A DNA stretch of 63,371 nucleotides, the filler included, from Ministeria vibrans ATCC 50519 (lineage: Eukaryota > Protista > Filasterea), in the NCBI GenBank assembly GCA_943704425.1. It is 4 parts of 4 records of this genome, joined end to end, with 100 filler letters (N's around TTAATTAATTAA, not from the genome) between each part and the next. Parts side by side here need not be neighbours in the genome. Positions count along the whole stretch, not along the records: positions 26,888 to 54,517 come from CALSCP010001367.1; 3 more parts are not named here. One strand, written 5' to 3'. Position 1 is the first letter of the stretch; the number at the start of each line of letters is the position of its first letter. This document shows positions 27,121-46,168 of this stretch, piece by piece. The notes below the pieces were generated by a model. It saw nothing but the letters and a program-made list of their open reading frames with translations, ran no database searches and was not told the origin of the DNA. A program made the position numbers and the translations under genes.

Positions 27121-28628
27121 AAAAACCAGTTCCCTTTGACTTCATTGTCGATGGCAAGTTTGTCCGGTCCACTCTGGAGGCTCACATTGCCGAGTGTGAG
27201 CTGTCGATGGAGACGGTGATCACCGTTGAGTACTTGCAAGCACTGCCGCCTCCGCGACCAGAGCAATCGATGGAGCACGACGACTGGGTGGCGGCCATTG
27301 ACGCCTCACGCTCAGGGTAAGGGCGATGCGGAAGAAGCAGGAGAAGACGAGGGTGATCATTCTTGTGTGTGTATGTAGCCGTCTTGTGTCGGGGTGTTAC
27401 GACGGCATTGTGCGCATCTGGGACGAGTCGGGTGCATGCCAGGAGATGCTCGAAGGTCACTTAGAACCTGTGAAGGCAGTCAAATGGGGTAAGTGTGTGC
27501 GTGAGAGTGCGAGTGACCTACTGACAATGTGTCTTTTTTTAGGAGCAACAGTGGATGTGGAGAACGGCGCGCCGGCTCACTCATGTCTGTCCGCGTCGCA
27601 GGACTGCACTGCGCGTTTGTGGAGCAACGTCAATGCCGACGATGGAACCGAGACAGACTGGCACTGTCAGAGTGTTTTTGAAGGACACACAGGAGCAATT
27701 GGTATTCATCATTATTGAGTGAGAAATGCGTAAACTGACTTGCTATCTCAAAAAAGACACCATGAGTTTGCATCCGGATGCGAATGAGCAGATGTTCTGC
27801 ACTGGCTCGTGGGACGAGTCTATCAAGCTGTGGAGCTATACAGACGACTCGACAAGCGAAGAGGTACGTATTTTTGTATCGAATGGGTTGCAGCTAAGCA
27901 TGCTCGATTGTGTGTAGGGGAGCGCAAAACGACAGAAGACGAGCAAACGGCGGGGAAAGAAGACGCGACAAGGGCCGAGCACGGTGAGTGCGCGGGCGAC
28001 GATTGTTGGACATCGGGGGGCTGTATCGGGGGTGGAATGGGCTGCAGGCGGACAGGTGATTGTCTCGGGGGGATGGGACAGCACTTTGCGCGTGTGGAGT
28101 GTCGAGAGTGGCGTCAATGTACAGCGGGCAGACACGGCGTGTGCCGTGACTGCACTCGCTGTTAACGCACAGAACAGTCTGACTGCTGCCGGCCATTGCG
28201 ACGGAGTGACACGTCTGTACGACCTGCGAATGGGCACAACACCACAGGCACTCTCAGCCGACGCCAACGTACTCGTCAAGTGTGCTCTGGCTCCTCCACA
28301 GTCGTCCCACCGTCCTGCCTTTGTCCAGTGTGTCCAGTGGGCTCCCTCACACCACAACCAGCCCTACCTCCTCGCCACCGCCCTCTTCCGTGACTCAGAT
28401 GCCGATTCCGTCGTGCACTTGTGGGACATTCGCGGCACAAACCGTCCGCTCCACTCCATCAAAGATCACACCAAAAAGGTCTCAAACTTGAGTGTCTTTT
28501 TTCTTTTCTGTATCTGACATCTTGTTCCTTTATTCCAACAGGTTTTTGCTCTCGCTTGGGCTGATGATGCTATGCTTTTCAGTGGCGGAGAAGACCACAA
28601 AATCCTCTCACACTCATTTGCAAAGTGA
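27121..28628 (+). CDS. WDR12: Ribosome biogenesis protein WDR12/Ytm1 (NLE + WD40), 5'-partial, multi-exon
   Basis: KPVPFDFIVDGKFVRSTL..LSMETVITVEY..HDDWVAAI, SGCYDGIVRIWD, SASQD, TGSWD, SGGWDSTLRVW, LWDIRG..PLHSIKDH, SGGED. Confidence 0.9.
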
Positions 28629-28712
28629 GAAAAAATGTACACAAAAGAAAAGAGAGAGAGAGAGAAAGTGACCGAGAGAAATGAAAGGTATACACAATAG
28701 CATGAAAATGTT

Positions 28713-31700
28713 TTACTTTCGCAAACGGAATGATTTATACGCATCTGATTCACGAGCGAAGGCAATTGAGAGAAAAGGGTTGAGTGCTTTGAGAGCAGTG
28801 GCACCCTCCTGAGCACATTAAGTATAGGAAGAGGCAGAGAGAACGAGAGAGGAGGAAGGAGGGAGAAAGAACAAAGTGGTTGAGAGAAAGAGAAATGAAC
28901 AAAGTGGTTGAGAGAAAGAGAAAGTGGTAGAGAGAGGGAGAAAGGAACAAAGTGACAGAGAGAGAAAGAAACAAAAAGTGATAGAGGGTTAGCGTGAGAG
29001 AGAGACATTTCAGTTTTTCTTATACCCGAACAGAATTGAGACGGGTGAGAAGTTGAACAGCGGCAAAACGAACATGTTCAGAGGGATGAACGAGAAGCAT
29101 TGCAATGGGATAGAGCACAAGATCCGCGGATTCGCATTGAGAGTGGGGGAGATACATCATAAGCTACGTAAATAGTGCAACAGGTGAGTGAGTGAATAGA
29201 TGAGTTGACTAAGTGTAGTAAAGTTTTACCTCTTGAAGTTGTTCTTTGGTGCGTACACTTTGCAGCATATCCTTCAATGCAGAATACGCTTCCTACACAC
29301 AACAAAAATAATAATAATAATAATAACTCTCAATAATTAACAATAAGTCAGTCAGTCACTCTCAATCTGACACGCCCACTCCCTCATTCACTCTTCTCAA
29401 AAGTACCTGCGCAGTCATATTACGTCTGACTCTCAACCTCTCAATAATACGCTCAACATTGACACTTTTGATGGCGGCCATCGCAATGCGCTGCTGGTGC
29501 TGGCGCAGAAACTCGGAGTGTGCGGGTGTCTGTCGGAACCGTGTGATCCGGAACGCGTTCCATTCCACTTCGCGTTTGCGCGTTTTCTCATCGGGACTTG
29601 AGAGCAAAAAGAAAAGAGAGACAGAAAAGATTGTAATTAATTAGTGTGTTACGTGGTTTTTGACATAAGGTTACTATTCTGCTTTGTCAAACGCAATGTC
29701 AATCAAATGCTGAGTGTACTCAGCAAACCGTAATCGCAATCGCTCTTCTCCTTTCGGTTGCCCCTACGCATAAACAGAGAGAGAGAGAGAGAATTCAGTT
29801 CTGTCGCTCTGACTGTCGTTTCTCTCACAAGAACAGTCTCGGTAAGTGACGCGTAAAACGCACTGTCCATTGATTGGTGCGTCAGACTCTCACTGTCCTC
29901 TCCTATTTTCTGAAGGACCGTCACACGTCCCGTGTCCACATCACACAGCAGGTCTACGCAAAGCTCGAGTGAGCGTGACACATTATCACGGACGAAGCGT
30001 TGTGTGACGTACCACAGGTGACGAGATCACGGATGGTGGGGGAGGCAGTGCCAACAATGAAGCCAGGCCAGGTGGCCCAGCTAAGATCGTTGGGGTCCAT
30101 GGCCATGGGCAGACAGCGTCGCTGGATGATGCCATGGAGAGGTGGGGAGACAAGGTGTGCGGCAGCCAGGACGAGCGGGATGATATCCTTGATGGGAGCA
30201 GTGAGGGCTGTGCCGACAAAGAGAATGCGCGACTCTAGCAGCACTGCGTTGTAGATGAGCATGGTGTGTGTGGTAAAGCGGTGCAGGAGACGCGTGAGCG
30301 ACGCCATCGGAAGCTCGTCAGAGGGCAGTAAAATCGGAATGTGCAGTGGCTTGTTGTATGTGAGATAGTGCACTGGCGCAGTGCTCACATACGATCGTTC
30401 CTACACATATACAGCCATGAATCAACGTCAACCACGCTCAAAATTGACTTTTATACGTTGAGGACTCTAGACCAGAGCACGTGTGCATCGATGACCTTTG
30501 GCTGTGCTTCACCCACAACCGAATAGTCGACGTTGTCCAAGCATACATACAAATCGCGCACCACACGCGACAAAAGTGCCTCGCGCGTCGTATCCTCCTC
30601 CTCTGCCCCACTCCCACCAACACCATTCTCATTGGAATTGCTCGCCTCCATCAGCTGTTGTTTGCAGTGCTCTAGTGCCAGCAGAATCAAGGGTTTGAAC
30701 ACATGCACATAACGCACTGTCGCGCACACTGCAATCGCAATGCTTGGCCCTAACCATACAAAAAGTAAATTCGTTCGTTAGCCAAAAGTGAGGGAGAGAA
30801 GTGTTGAAACGTCGTGGCAGAAAAAAAAGTGAAAACAAAGTGAAAGAAAGCGTGAGCCAAGTGAGAGAGTGGGAGTGCAACGCAAGAACAAAAAGAGTTA
30901 ATGCAAGTTGAACAAGTCAAAACAAAAAATGTAAACTTGACGAGTATAGAACTATCAAAAAACACATCATAGTATATACCTCTCGAGATAGTATGATTGA
31001 CCACTGCCACAGCACCAGACGCACTCGTGGGAGCAGCAGCAGTAGAAGTAGCAGTGGTAGTTGATGGAGCGGCGGAAGTCACAGGAGCATTCACGCCCAC
31101 CACGGTACTAGCTGATGCTGCACCAGCTGCTATTGGTTGTCCTATCCCTCCAACACCACCATTACTATTGTTACTCCCACTCGCACCTCCACCTCCAACG
31201 CCCATTGCACTGTCCTCATCCGCTCCACTGCTTTCATTTTCGCCCCCTTTAAGTTGGTGCACCAATGACAAACAGTACAACATCTCTCGTGATGCGTTAT
31301 CCCTATACAAAAACAGAAAAAAGTAAAAAAAAAGCCCACAACGCGTTCTTGTGTGGCGTTTTACGTTTCCTCAACGGGATCCGTTTCGTCAGTGGGACGT
31401 CTCTTGCGGATATTCAATCGCGCTACGACGTCCTGTTCGCCCCCAACACCAGCCCCGCCACTCGACAGACTCTCACAGTGCTCCACAAACAGCTGGTGCT
31501 CCGTACTGTCGTGGAAGCGAAAGCCATACGCCACGTCGTCGTGAATTACGCCTAGAGTTCAATAAAGCACTCAAACTAAGCACACAACACACACACGCAC
31601 ATGTACAAGCGCATACACACACATCCATACAACCATAAAAACACACACCTACACATAAATACAAACACACACACACATACATACAACCATACATCACACC

Positions 31701-31733
31701 ATACAACCATACAGCACACACAGGTGCATACAC

Positions 31734-31774
<41 letters not shown>

Positions 31775-32264
31775 TCTCTTCTTCTCTACCGTGAAACATG
31801 TCCTCAAGTTGCTCATGCTCAATGTCGGCACCCTGGAAATGCCGGAAGATCACACCGTTGTTTTCGACTTGAATCGAAAACGGAATGAGGTTGACATTCA
31901 TCTCACAGGTTCCATACATCTACAGCACAATACGAGTTGATCACTTCCGGCGCGCCCACAGAGCAGCAGCAGCAGCAGCAGTACCTCCCACTCGCCATTC
32001 TCAGCAAGACAGCGGTACACGAAGGCGGAGACAGCGATACCGCCAGCAGCAGCAGCAATCGTCGAATCGCCTGCGATCCACTCGCCAGCCAGACTCGTCC
32101 GCTGTCGATTGCGCAGCGAAGTCGCTGAGTGCGCCGCCCGCTGCCGGTCCAGGATGAACATGGTCCAGTCGTTGGCCGCCCGTGCATTCCCTGCGCCCAG
32201 CGGAACCATCCACTGCGCCAGTTGGCTGCACAGAGAGCACAAGACAAAACACACACACACACAC

Positions 32265-32300
<36 letters not shown>

Positions 32301-32533
32301 CAAAAAGAACAAAAAAAAGAAAAAATGCACAGCTGCTGGCTGGACACACACGCTAGCGCACATGTCAGATGGCACCCGGGCGGGTGCCGTGTAGCGCTTC
32401 CTCCCTCCTCGCGCGGTCTCCTTTCTTACTGTTCATCGTCTCGCTGTGCTTTGGGCCACTGGTGCACCGTCGGAAGGGCACCCGGCGATCCCCACGTCGC
32501 GACAACGTGCTTTACAACACGGCCGCTGTCCAT
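28713..32533 (-). CDS. Afi1/MesA-family (DENN-related, SPA domain) polarity protein, multi-exon
   Basis: LAQWMVPLGAGNARAANDWTMFIL, RYVHVFKPLILLALE, LIYNAVLLESRILFVG, VLAAAHLVSP, PGFIVGTASP, DLLCDVDTGRV, C-terminal LLVHPSEHVRFAAVQLLTRL. Confidence 0.7.
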
Positions 32534-32816
32534 CTCAAGCTCAAATAAAAAAAAGTTTGTGATGACTAAAATTTTACTTACTCATTTAGCTGAAAGACTA
32601 TGGTCCTCTGAGGCTCCTCTCCGTCGGACGTGCAAGTGCGCCGTGTCGCTAGCAACAGTCTACTGTTCAATGTATTCATCTCTGACCTGAGAAAATACGT
32701 CTTTAATGGGACATTGGCTCTTTGAGTGTGGAGATCATTGTACGATCTTTGACTTCATTCAATGTTATTTCTGTTTCGCGCCAAAACAAAAAATACGCCA
32801 AGTCATCTGCTGTGAA

Positions 32817-39438
<6,622 letters not shown>

Positions 39439-39654
39439 AATAAAAATAATTTTTGATTATCTCTAAAAACGTCAAACGAAAGACTTTCACTTTTTTTTCA
39501 CTCCACACATACACACACACTCTCTCTCTCCATTCCACACACACACACACACTCTCTCTCTCTCTCTGTCTGTCTCTGTCTCTGTCTCTGTCTGTCTCTG
39601 TCTGTCTCTCTCTCTCTCTTCTCTCCCTCTACTACGTAGCTACAAGAATAGCTA

Positions 39655-39822
39655 TCAAAACATTGGGGCGGTTTCCCATATTTCTGATTGTTCGGATTTA
39701 GCGTCTGAATCGGCATTGCCCTCGCCATCAGGCGCGTTCGCATCATCATCATCGGCAGGAGCAGCGGCAGCAACAGCAGCAACATCATTATTGCCATTCG
39801 AATACTGTTCTCCATCATCACC

Positions 39823-39859
<37 letters not shown>

Positions 39860-42800
39860 GCAACAGCGGCATTGCCAATCGAACCATTCCGATACTGCCT
39901 TCCATCACCAGTCCCATTGCGTTCACGGTCCTCCTGTTCCAAACCAGCCGCCTCTTCCACTCCCCCCACATCATCACCAGATCCTTGAGCTTCCGTGGTG
40001 GCAGTCGCAGGGAGTTTGAAATAGTCAGTCAGTGTGGTCGCAGCACCCTTTCGTTTGCGCACTTCCATCAGGCGATGGCAGTCTTTGACTTTCTCAACCA
40101 CATCTGGGTCATTCGTCCAGAACGCTTTGTGCTTCGATAGCGTCTTTTTCAACGCGTTCATCTGTGAGGACAGCTTCCTCTCCTTGTCGAGACTTTTCGC
40201 TATGACCTTGTCGCCCAAGGGTGCCTTGGGAATCCTTTGGCGGGGCACCAAGACATTTTTTCGTTTGAGATCGCGATAAAACGTGTCCAGACCCTTGAGG
40301 ACCAGCTCTCGTTGGTACGGCGTGGTAGGCGCGCGCGCAGTTGGGGTCGCAGGCGCGCNNNNNNNNNNNNNNNNNNNNNNGCTTTGCGTTGCAGGCGCGC
40401 TGAGAGGAACACGCTCCGAAGCGGACGTCGTTGGAGACGGCTTGGGCACCATACTGCTCGTGCTGCTTGGATAAATTGGCCCACCTGCAGCAGCAATGTC
40501 AGTGTGCGCACGTGATCTTGAGCTTTCGCTAAACGCCGCCTGCGCGGGACTCCCTCCCAACCCGCGCTCAGCTCCAACGCTATCGTCCACATCTGATCCA
40601 CGTCGACTGTCAATCGTCGCACCGCCAGTGCTGAACCTTACTCGCTTCTTCTCACTCTCACAATCAGCGTCTGATTCCCGTCGACTTCCAGTCGCCGCAC
40701 TACCAGCGCTCCGCCTTGCTAGCTTTTCCTCGAGACTTTCGCGGCGACCGTCCAATTCACGTGGACCAGCGTCACTCATCACGCCACTAGCACTCAACCT
40801 TGCTCGCTTCGTCTTGGAACTCGCAGCACTGTCAGCGTCCGATCCACGTCGACTGTCGTTCACTCCACTACCACTGCTCGACTTTACCTGCACACCACTC
40901 GACGCACTTGTACCGGTCTCCAAAGCATCGGCAGATCGTTTGCTCGTCGGAGTACGCACACGCGTCTCTGCAATGCTCGCGCTTGCTTCAGCCGCCACCG
41001 GATCTTCTTCAATCTTCAACACCACAAAGTTTTTCTTTACGCCACCAAAGTGCCATCGGAGCACAGGATTTTTCAGCCGCAACACTTCTCGCGCATAGCG
41101 AGTCAGAGCGGCAGGAGGCGGCTGGTCCATGAGAAGTGCGTGTGAGTTGATGACAATCATACGCACCTGGTGGGTGTAGCAGGCAGAAGTGCAGCTGAGG
41201 AGACGGATCACTTCAGAGAGGTCATAGCGTTGGCTATCGGCTGGGCAAAGAATCAGTGCCCAAGTTGGTTGACCATCCGGCATGTCGGGCACGGAGTTCT
41301 TAGTCGAAAACTCGGATAGGTTGACAAAGGGACCGTAATGCTCGACAATCGCCATCAACTCTGCCAAGTCCACGTTGGCAGGAACGTCATTCACCTCTTC
41401 GGGCCGCGGAGGCCATGCTGCCAGCGAGGCGCAGTGTCCCATGACTCCACCACGTTGCTGGAGCTTAAGCTGCACAAAGCCCTGGTACTTGAGGACGGCA
41501 AGCCCGGCCATCTCACAGTCTGCCGCGAACTTGAGATCTTCGCGGAACGGCCAAGGCTGGAACCACACGTTCTTCTTTGCGCACGCGGCGACGTTCACAA
41601 GCACAAGGCTGTACACGTACGTGCGCTTGAAAGGCGACGTTGCAACGTGGCGGCCATTCTGACGGAACATTCCCAGCATACCATAGGCATCAGGACTGCC
41701 TGAGCGCCGCTGGAGCTCGCCGGTGTCGTCAGGAAAGCGGTACGTAAACGACGGACGAGCATGGTTGTGAGCACCGAGCAGTTGGCGCTCAAGGTGAGCG
41801 AGCACATCGAAAAAGCTGATCGGCTCAACGGCAAGAATTGGCGAGTCGGTCTCAATGCGCTCCCCGTTGATGACGGCCAAGTGGTCAATGTTGTCGTCAC
41901 ACATGAACATCGTGGCAAGGCCAAGTCTGGTTGCGACACGCTGGCAAAAGAGACGAGCAAAACCAATGCCTTGCTCCACGCTACACGTAGGGCTGTTAGG
42001 GTCAGGAAACATCACCATGTGGGAAGGAAGCTCCATGACCATGCACACATTTCCAACACACTGAACAAATTGTTCGAACTGCGCCTGTCGACACACAATC
42101 ACTCGCACAACCATATCAGTCTCGTCGTGGTCACCCTCCAGAAGTGCTGCACTCCAATCGTGCCGGCCGCTCAGACGCACCGATGGCACAAACACCCACG
42201 AGCGAAGAGGGCGTGTTGCCATGAAGTGATCGTTAAGAGCCAGAATTTCCTCGTAATAAGTCAGGAATGCGCCCTGCAATGCATTTGGAACACTCACGCG
42301 GGTGTCCTTGATGTCCGGCCAAGAGAACCGAAGCATCACGTGTGTAGGGTTGAGAGCCAGGGATGTATAGGCACAAGTACGGAACGGATAGAGATTGCCA
42401 CACTCCTGGTTTGAGAGTGATCTTGACGGGCCACCGAGGAAGGGGATGTCTTGGTTGCAAGCACTCGACGCATCATCCTTCTTCGCAAAGGCAGCAAGCT
42501 CTTCGGAAGGGAACACATAATCGCATGTGAATGGCTCTTGGAGGAGGTGGTCGTACTTGCTTGAAGAGATGTTCCATTCAAACGACTGTCGAACAAGAAC
42601 GTCTTCCTTACGAGGAAAGAGCCAATCGTTGAGGTCGAAGTGGTGATCAACAACGTCGGGGGCCATTGAGAGTTGAGGCCCATAGACATGCCAGCACACA
42701 TCGTCTTGCGGCTCATAAGGAGGACTAAGCCTGTTGATCTCCTTGCGCAGTTGGAGCAGAAGCGACGTAAACGTGCCCGTCTTGCCAATCTGCGGAGCGG

Positions 42801-45800
42801 CCTGCAACAGAAACCGTCGTGGATCGTACCCATCGGCGTTGGAACGACCGTAATCGTAGTTTTTGTATTTGAGCGCGTTGTCGCTGTTGCGCTGGACCTG
42901 TCCCTTGCCTCGCGCGGGAGCAAAGTGACTCCAGTGGAGCGAGTTGAGGTCTTGCTGCTGGCTAATGCGAGCCATGGCCGTGTCGGGTGCGGTGATGATG
43001 GCTTCAAACGATGCCGCTTGAGGGAGTTTCTTGAGACACTTGCGGAAGAGGCCGTTTCCAACGAGGAGCGTTGCTTTGGGAGCGCTCAAAGGTGCATAGC
43101 GACAGACTCGGCCAAGGTCTTGCACGACAGAGGAGAGCGAGCTGGGCTCTGAGGAGTAGCGAGCACGCAGGTCCATGGTGCGGAGCGAGGTGGGAAAAGT
43201 GTCACCGAGGCGACCCTTTTCAGCGACGAGAAGAAGCGTCGGCAGATTGGCAAGGTCCGTATACACCTCAATGGAACGGTGGACGTGTTTGCAGCCGCCA
43301 CAAGTGGAATGAAAACGCGACTTGAGTTGCGCATTGCTACAGCCGCACTTGCAAGTCTTGCCGAGTTGCAGGCAGTGCTTCCAGTAGTTGCGAGCGGTGC
43401 ACTTGCCGTCGATGCCTTTAAACATGGTCGCGACTGACATGCCACCAAAGTCACAGAGAAGCAGGAAGCGGTTTTGCCACTGAGCCAGGTCACGGGCTGC
43501 ACGCACCACCCGCCACATCTTGGTGCCTGCTGCAATGTCGTCAACTCTCACAAGGGCCATGAGGCCGCCTGCCTGAGGATCGGATGACGAGGTCGCGTTC
43601 GAGCTGTGCATGTGGTAAGACCGGTCGCTGGATGCTCCTTTGCCGCTCAAGCCGTACACTATCATTTCCGTCTCAAGACATGCAGAGAACGGCCAAAACT
43701 GGCAAGACAGCGGTCTACTGCTTTCACCAGCAAGATTGCGCATCGCGTCTTCGACAAGCGTACGGCAGTGGGGAGTGGCGAGGTCGCTTTTGCCGGATTG
43801 GGGCTGGCCGAAGCCAAATTTGAGAAGTTTGAGGTCTCGGGCAAACGCGTCATGTGTGGGCGACATCTCCGACAGTTTCTGGAAGTGCAGAGCAGGGTAT
43901 CGCTTGAGCATCGGAATCATGTCAAGACCGCAGGTATTTTCAAGCTTTTCCCAAAGGTCGCGCATCTCTTGGTGGCACTGCTCCCACACTCGCACGGAAT
44001 CCTCGATGTCGTTCTTGACAAACATTGCCGTCAAATCTGGGTAGTCGGGACAATGTTTCTGAAGGACGGAAACGACAATGATGGAGAGCGCGTAGTCGCA
44101 CACGAGTGCCTGCATGAAATGGTTCTCTCCACTTGCGCGCTTGGCGAGGGCAGTGAGCAGGGGGTCGGTACGGAAATGTTGACGATGGTGCTCCTGGTAG
44201 CGCATTGAGTTGAGGTAGAAGGTGAGGGAGTGGTAGACGGGAGTGTCGGCGGATGGTGCGTCGTCAATGCAAAACTGCGTGGCCAAAGCCTTTCTTGCAT
44301 TGTGCGCTGAGAGGGTGACGCAACGTTCGTCGTCGACCACTTCGGTAGCAAGAAAGACCTCGGTCGGAGACTCATCGGCGGGACTGAGCATAACCATGCC
44401 GTAGCCTTGGGTGTTGTGGAGCGAGAAGTAGTTGCGAGGGTCGGCGACGCGAGTGCTTTGCGAGAGCCCCGTCACATGGACAGTGTTGTCACGTGACCAC
44501 TGCAACACATGTGTGGGCGCACCAGTCTTGTCACAAGAGAAGAGCATCACCTCATCAGAGTTGACGGAAGCGGCGTGAGCGGGTGCGGAAAGAAGAAGCC
44601 AGGTGTGTTCAAGGGAGAAATGGCCGTCGTCAGTGGGGCAAATCGTGACAGAATTGCCACTGTGATGGACACGGAGGACATTGTCACTGCAAAAGTGCGT
44701 CAACATGATTCGACGGCCTTCTTTTTTGATGGCGTCCTTGAAACGGAGCAGGTTGGCACCGAGCTCGGACACCTGCGCTACTGGGTTGAGGCTGCGGCGC
44801 GGTATCTCCGATGAGCGGTAGAAGGAAGCGAGAGAATTGGACCAGTCGATGATGTTGCGAGGGCCGACGCGCGACTTGCTCGTAAGAAGTGCGTATGGGG
44901 TTGCGGAGACAAGGACGACAATGACGTTGGGAAATGCGCCGAGAGAGTTCACCAACATGTCATTGGCACTGGTACTCGATATGCCCCAGTGACACTCGTC
45001 AGCAATTATCACAAAGAGCGTGCTGCGGTTGGTCTTGACGGCGATCTCAAGGTCGCTCATCTTCTTGATGTTGCTGGCTTCGTAGCGATGCATCTCATTG
45101 TTGGTGCTGTAGTCGCTGGAGGCAAAGAGCCCGGCTTTGCCGAGACGGATTGCAGTCTGAAACTCGAGCGTGCGATAGTTGGCGGTGCCCACGCGGAACT
45201 TCATGTCCTTGAATTGACCGAACTTGTCGTCGCCAAAGTGCTCCTTGATGCGATGGAGAAGCAAAGCTGCGAGGTGTTGCTGGGTTGGAAAGATGCCTGA
45301 TCCGTCCGACAACGTAGGCTCGGTCTCACAAACAGTCGCAGGAGCGATGTTGTTAACATCCGTACTAATGACGTCCTCCTCGAGAAGTTCGACGGTTTGA
45401 GCAACACGTACGGCTGGGGTGTCGTCCGTGTTGGGATCGCTGCTCTCCGTGTCGGGCTCTTCGTCGCTCATGCGCGAGACGCAGTCCTCGTACAGTTCGT
45501 TGCCGATGGAGAGACGGTAGCCGATATACGTCGGCTCGGACATGGAGTAGATCAAGGAGATGTCGCGTGTTGGGTCTGATGGAGACGGCAGCCGTTTGAC
45601 CACTTCCCTCAACCTTGGCGTGAAGGACGTTCGCATGGACGGCGTCTCGAAGAATTTTATGAGATCTTCAAGTTGATTCCAGAGGTCCTTGAGCGTCTTT
45701 GGCCTATTCGGCCCGTCCAGGTGATCTATACCTTGACGCATGAGCAGGCAAAGGAGCGAGGGGAAAAGGAGCTGGCGATCATTGTCTCCGTCGACGAGCT

Positions 45801-46168
45801 GTGCAAGGTCCACGTCGCCCTCAAGCGGCTCGGGCTTGTCGTTGTCATCGATCAACTCGTCGGAATCGTTCACTTCGCGGTAGACAACCAAATAGCCGAC
45901 GGGTCTGCTCAAAAGAAACAATCATTAATTAAATTGAATGAATGCCCAAGGATAAACAAATAGAGATCAAAGGCAGTCACAGATCAAATCAACAAATCAA
46001 TATCGGGCTAATGAGCCTTCCATAGGTTCAGTGAACAATGATTCATTATTCAGTAGAGATAATAGAAGAATAATAGAATGCAGACATTCGTTCGACATTC
46101 GTAAATAATTATGCTCATTCAGCTTACTGATCAGCGCACTGGTCCGTTGGATCCCCCTGAGCAGCCAT
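39655..46168 (-). CDS. GREB1-like protein: circularly permuted SF2 helicase/ATPase + TAGT-type (GT-A) glycosyltransferase; main exon ~6.25 kb plus at least one upstream exon
   Basis: Walker B LFVIIADECHWG (~44989-45000), motif III VSATPY, KGRLGDTFP..MDLRARY..VVQDLGRVCRY, then Walker A LLQAAPQIGKTGT (~42772-42810) C-terminal to them; GT region FVPSVR..GIGFARLFCQ..MFMCDDNI..VLVNV..REDLKF. Upstream exon MAAQGDPTDQCADQ splices in phase (gtaagc donor ~46128, AG acceptor ~45905) and may extend further 5'. Confidence 0.8.

Noticed and set aside
39655-45905. The ~6.25-kb uninterrupted exon as evidence of viral or horizontal origin of the GREB1-like gene
   Set aside because: NCAPG2, RIF1 and the RTK also have 3-4 kb exons, an upstream intron is supported, and no viral or mobile-element hallmarks flank it.
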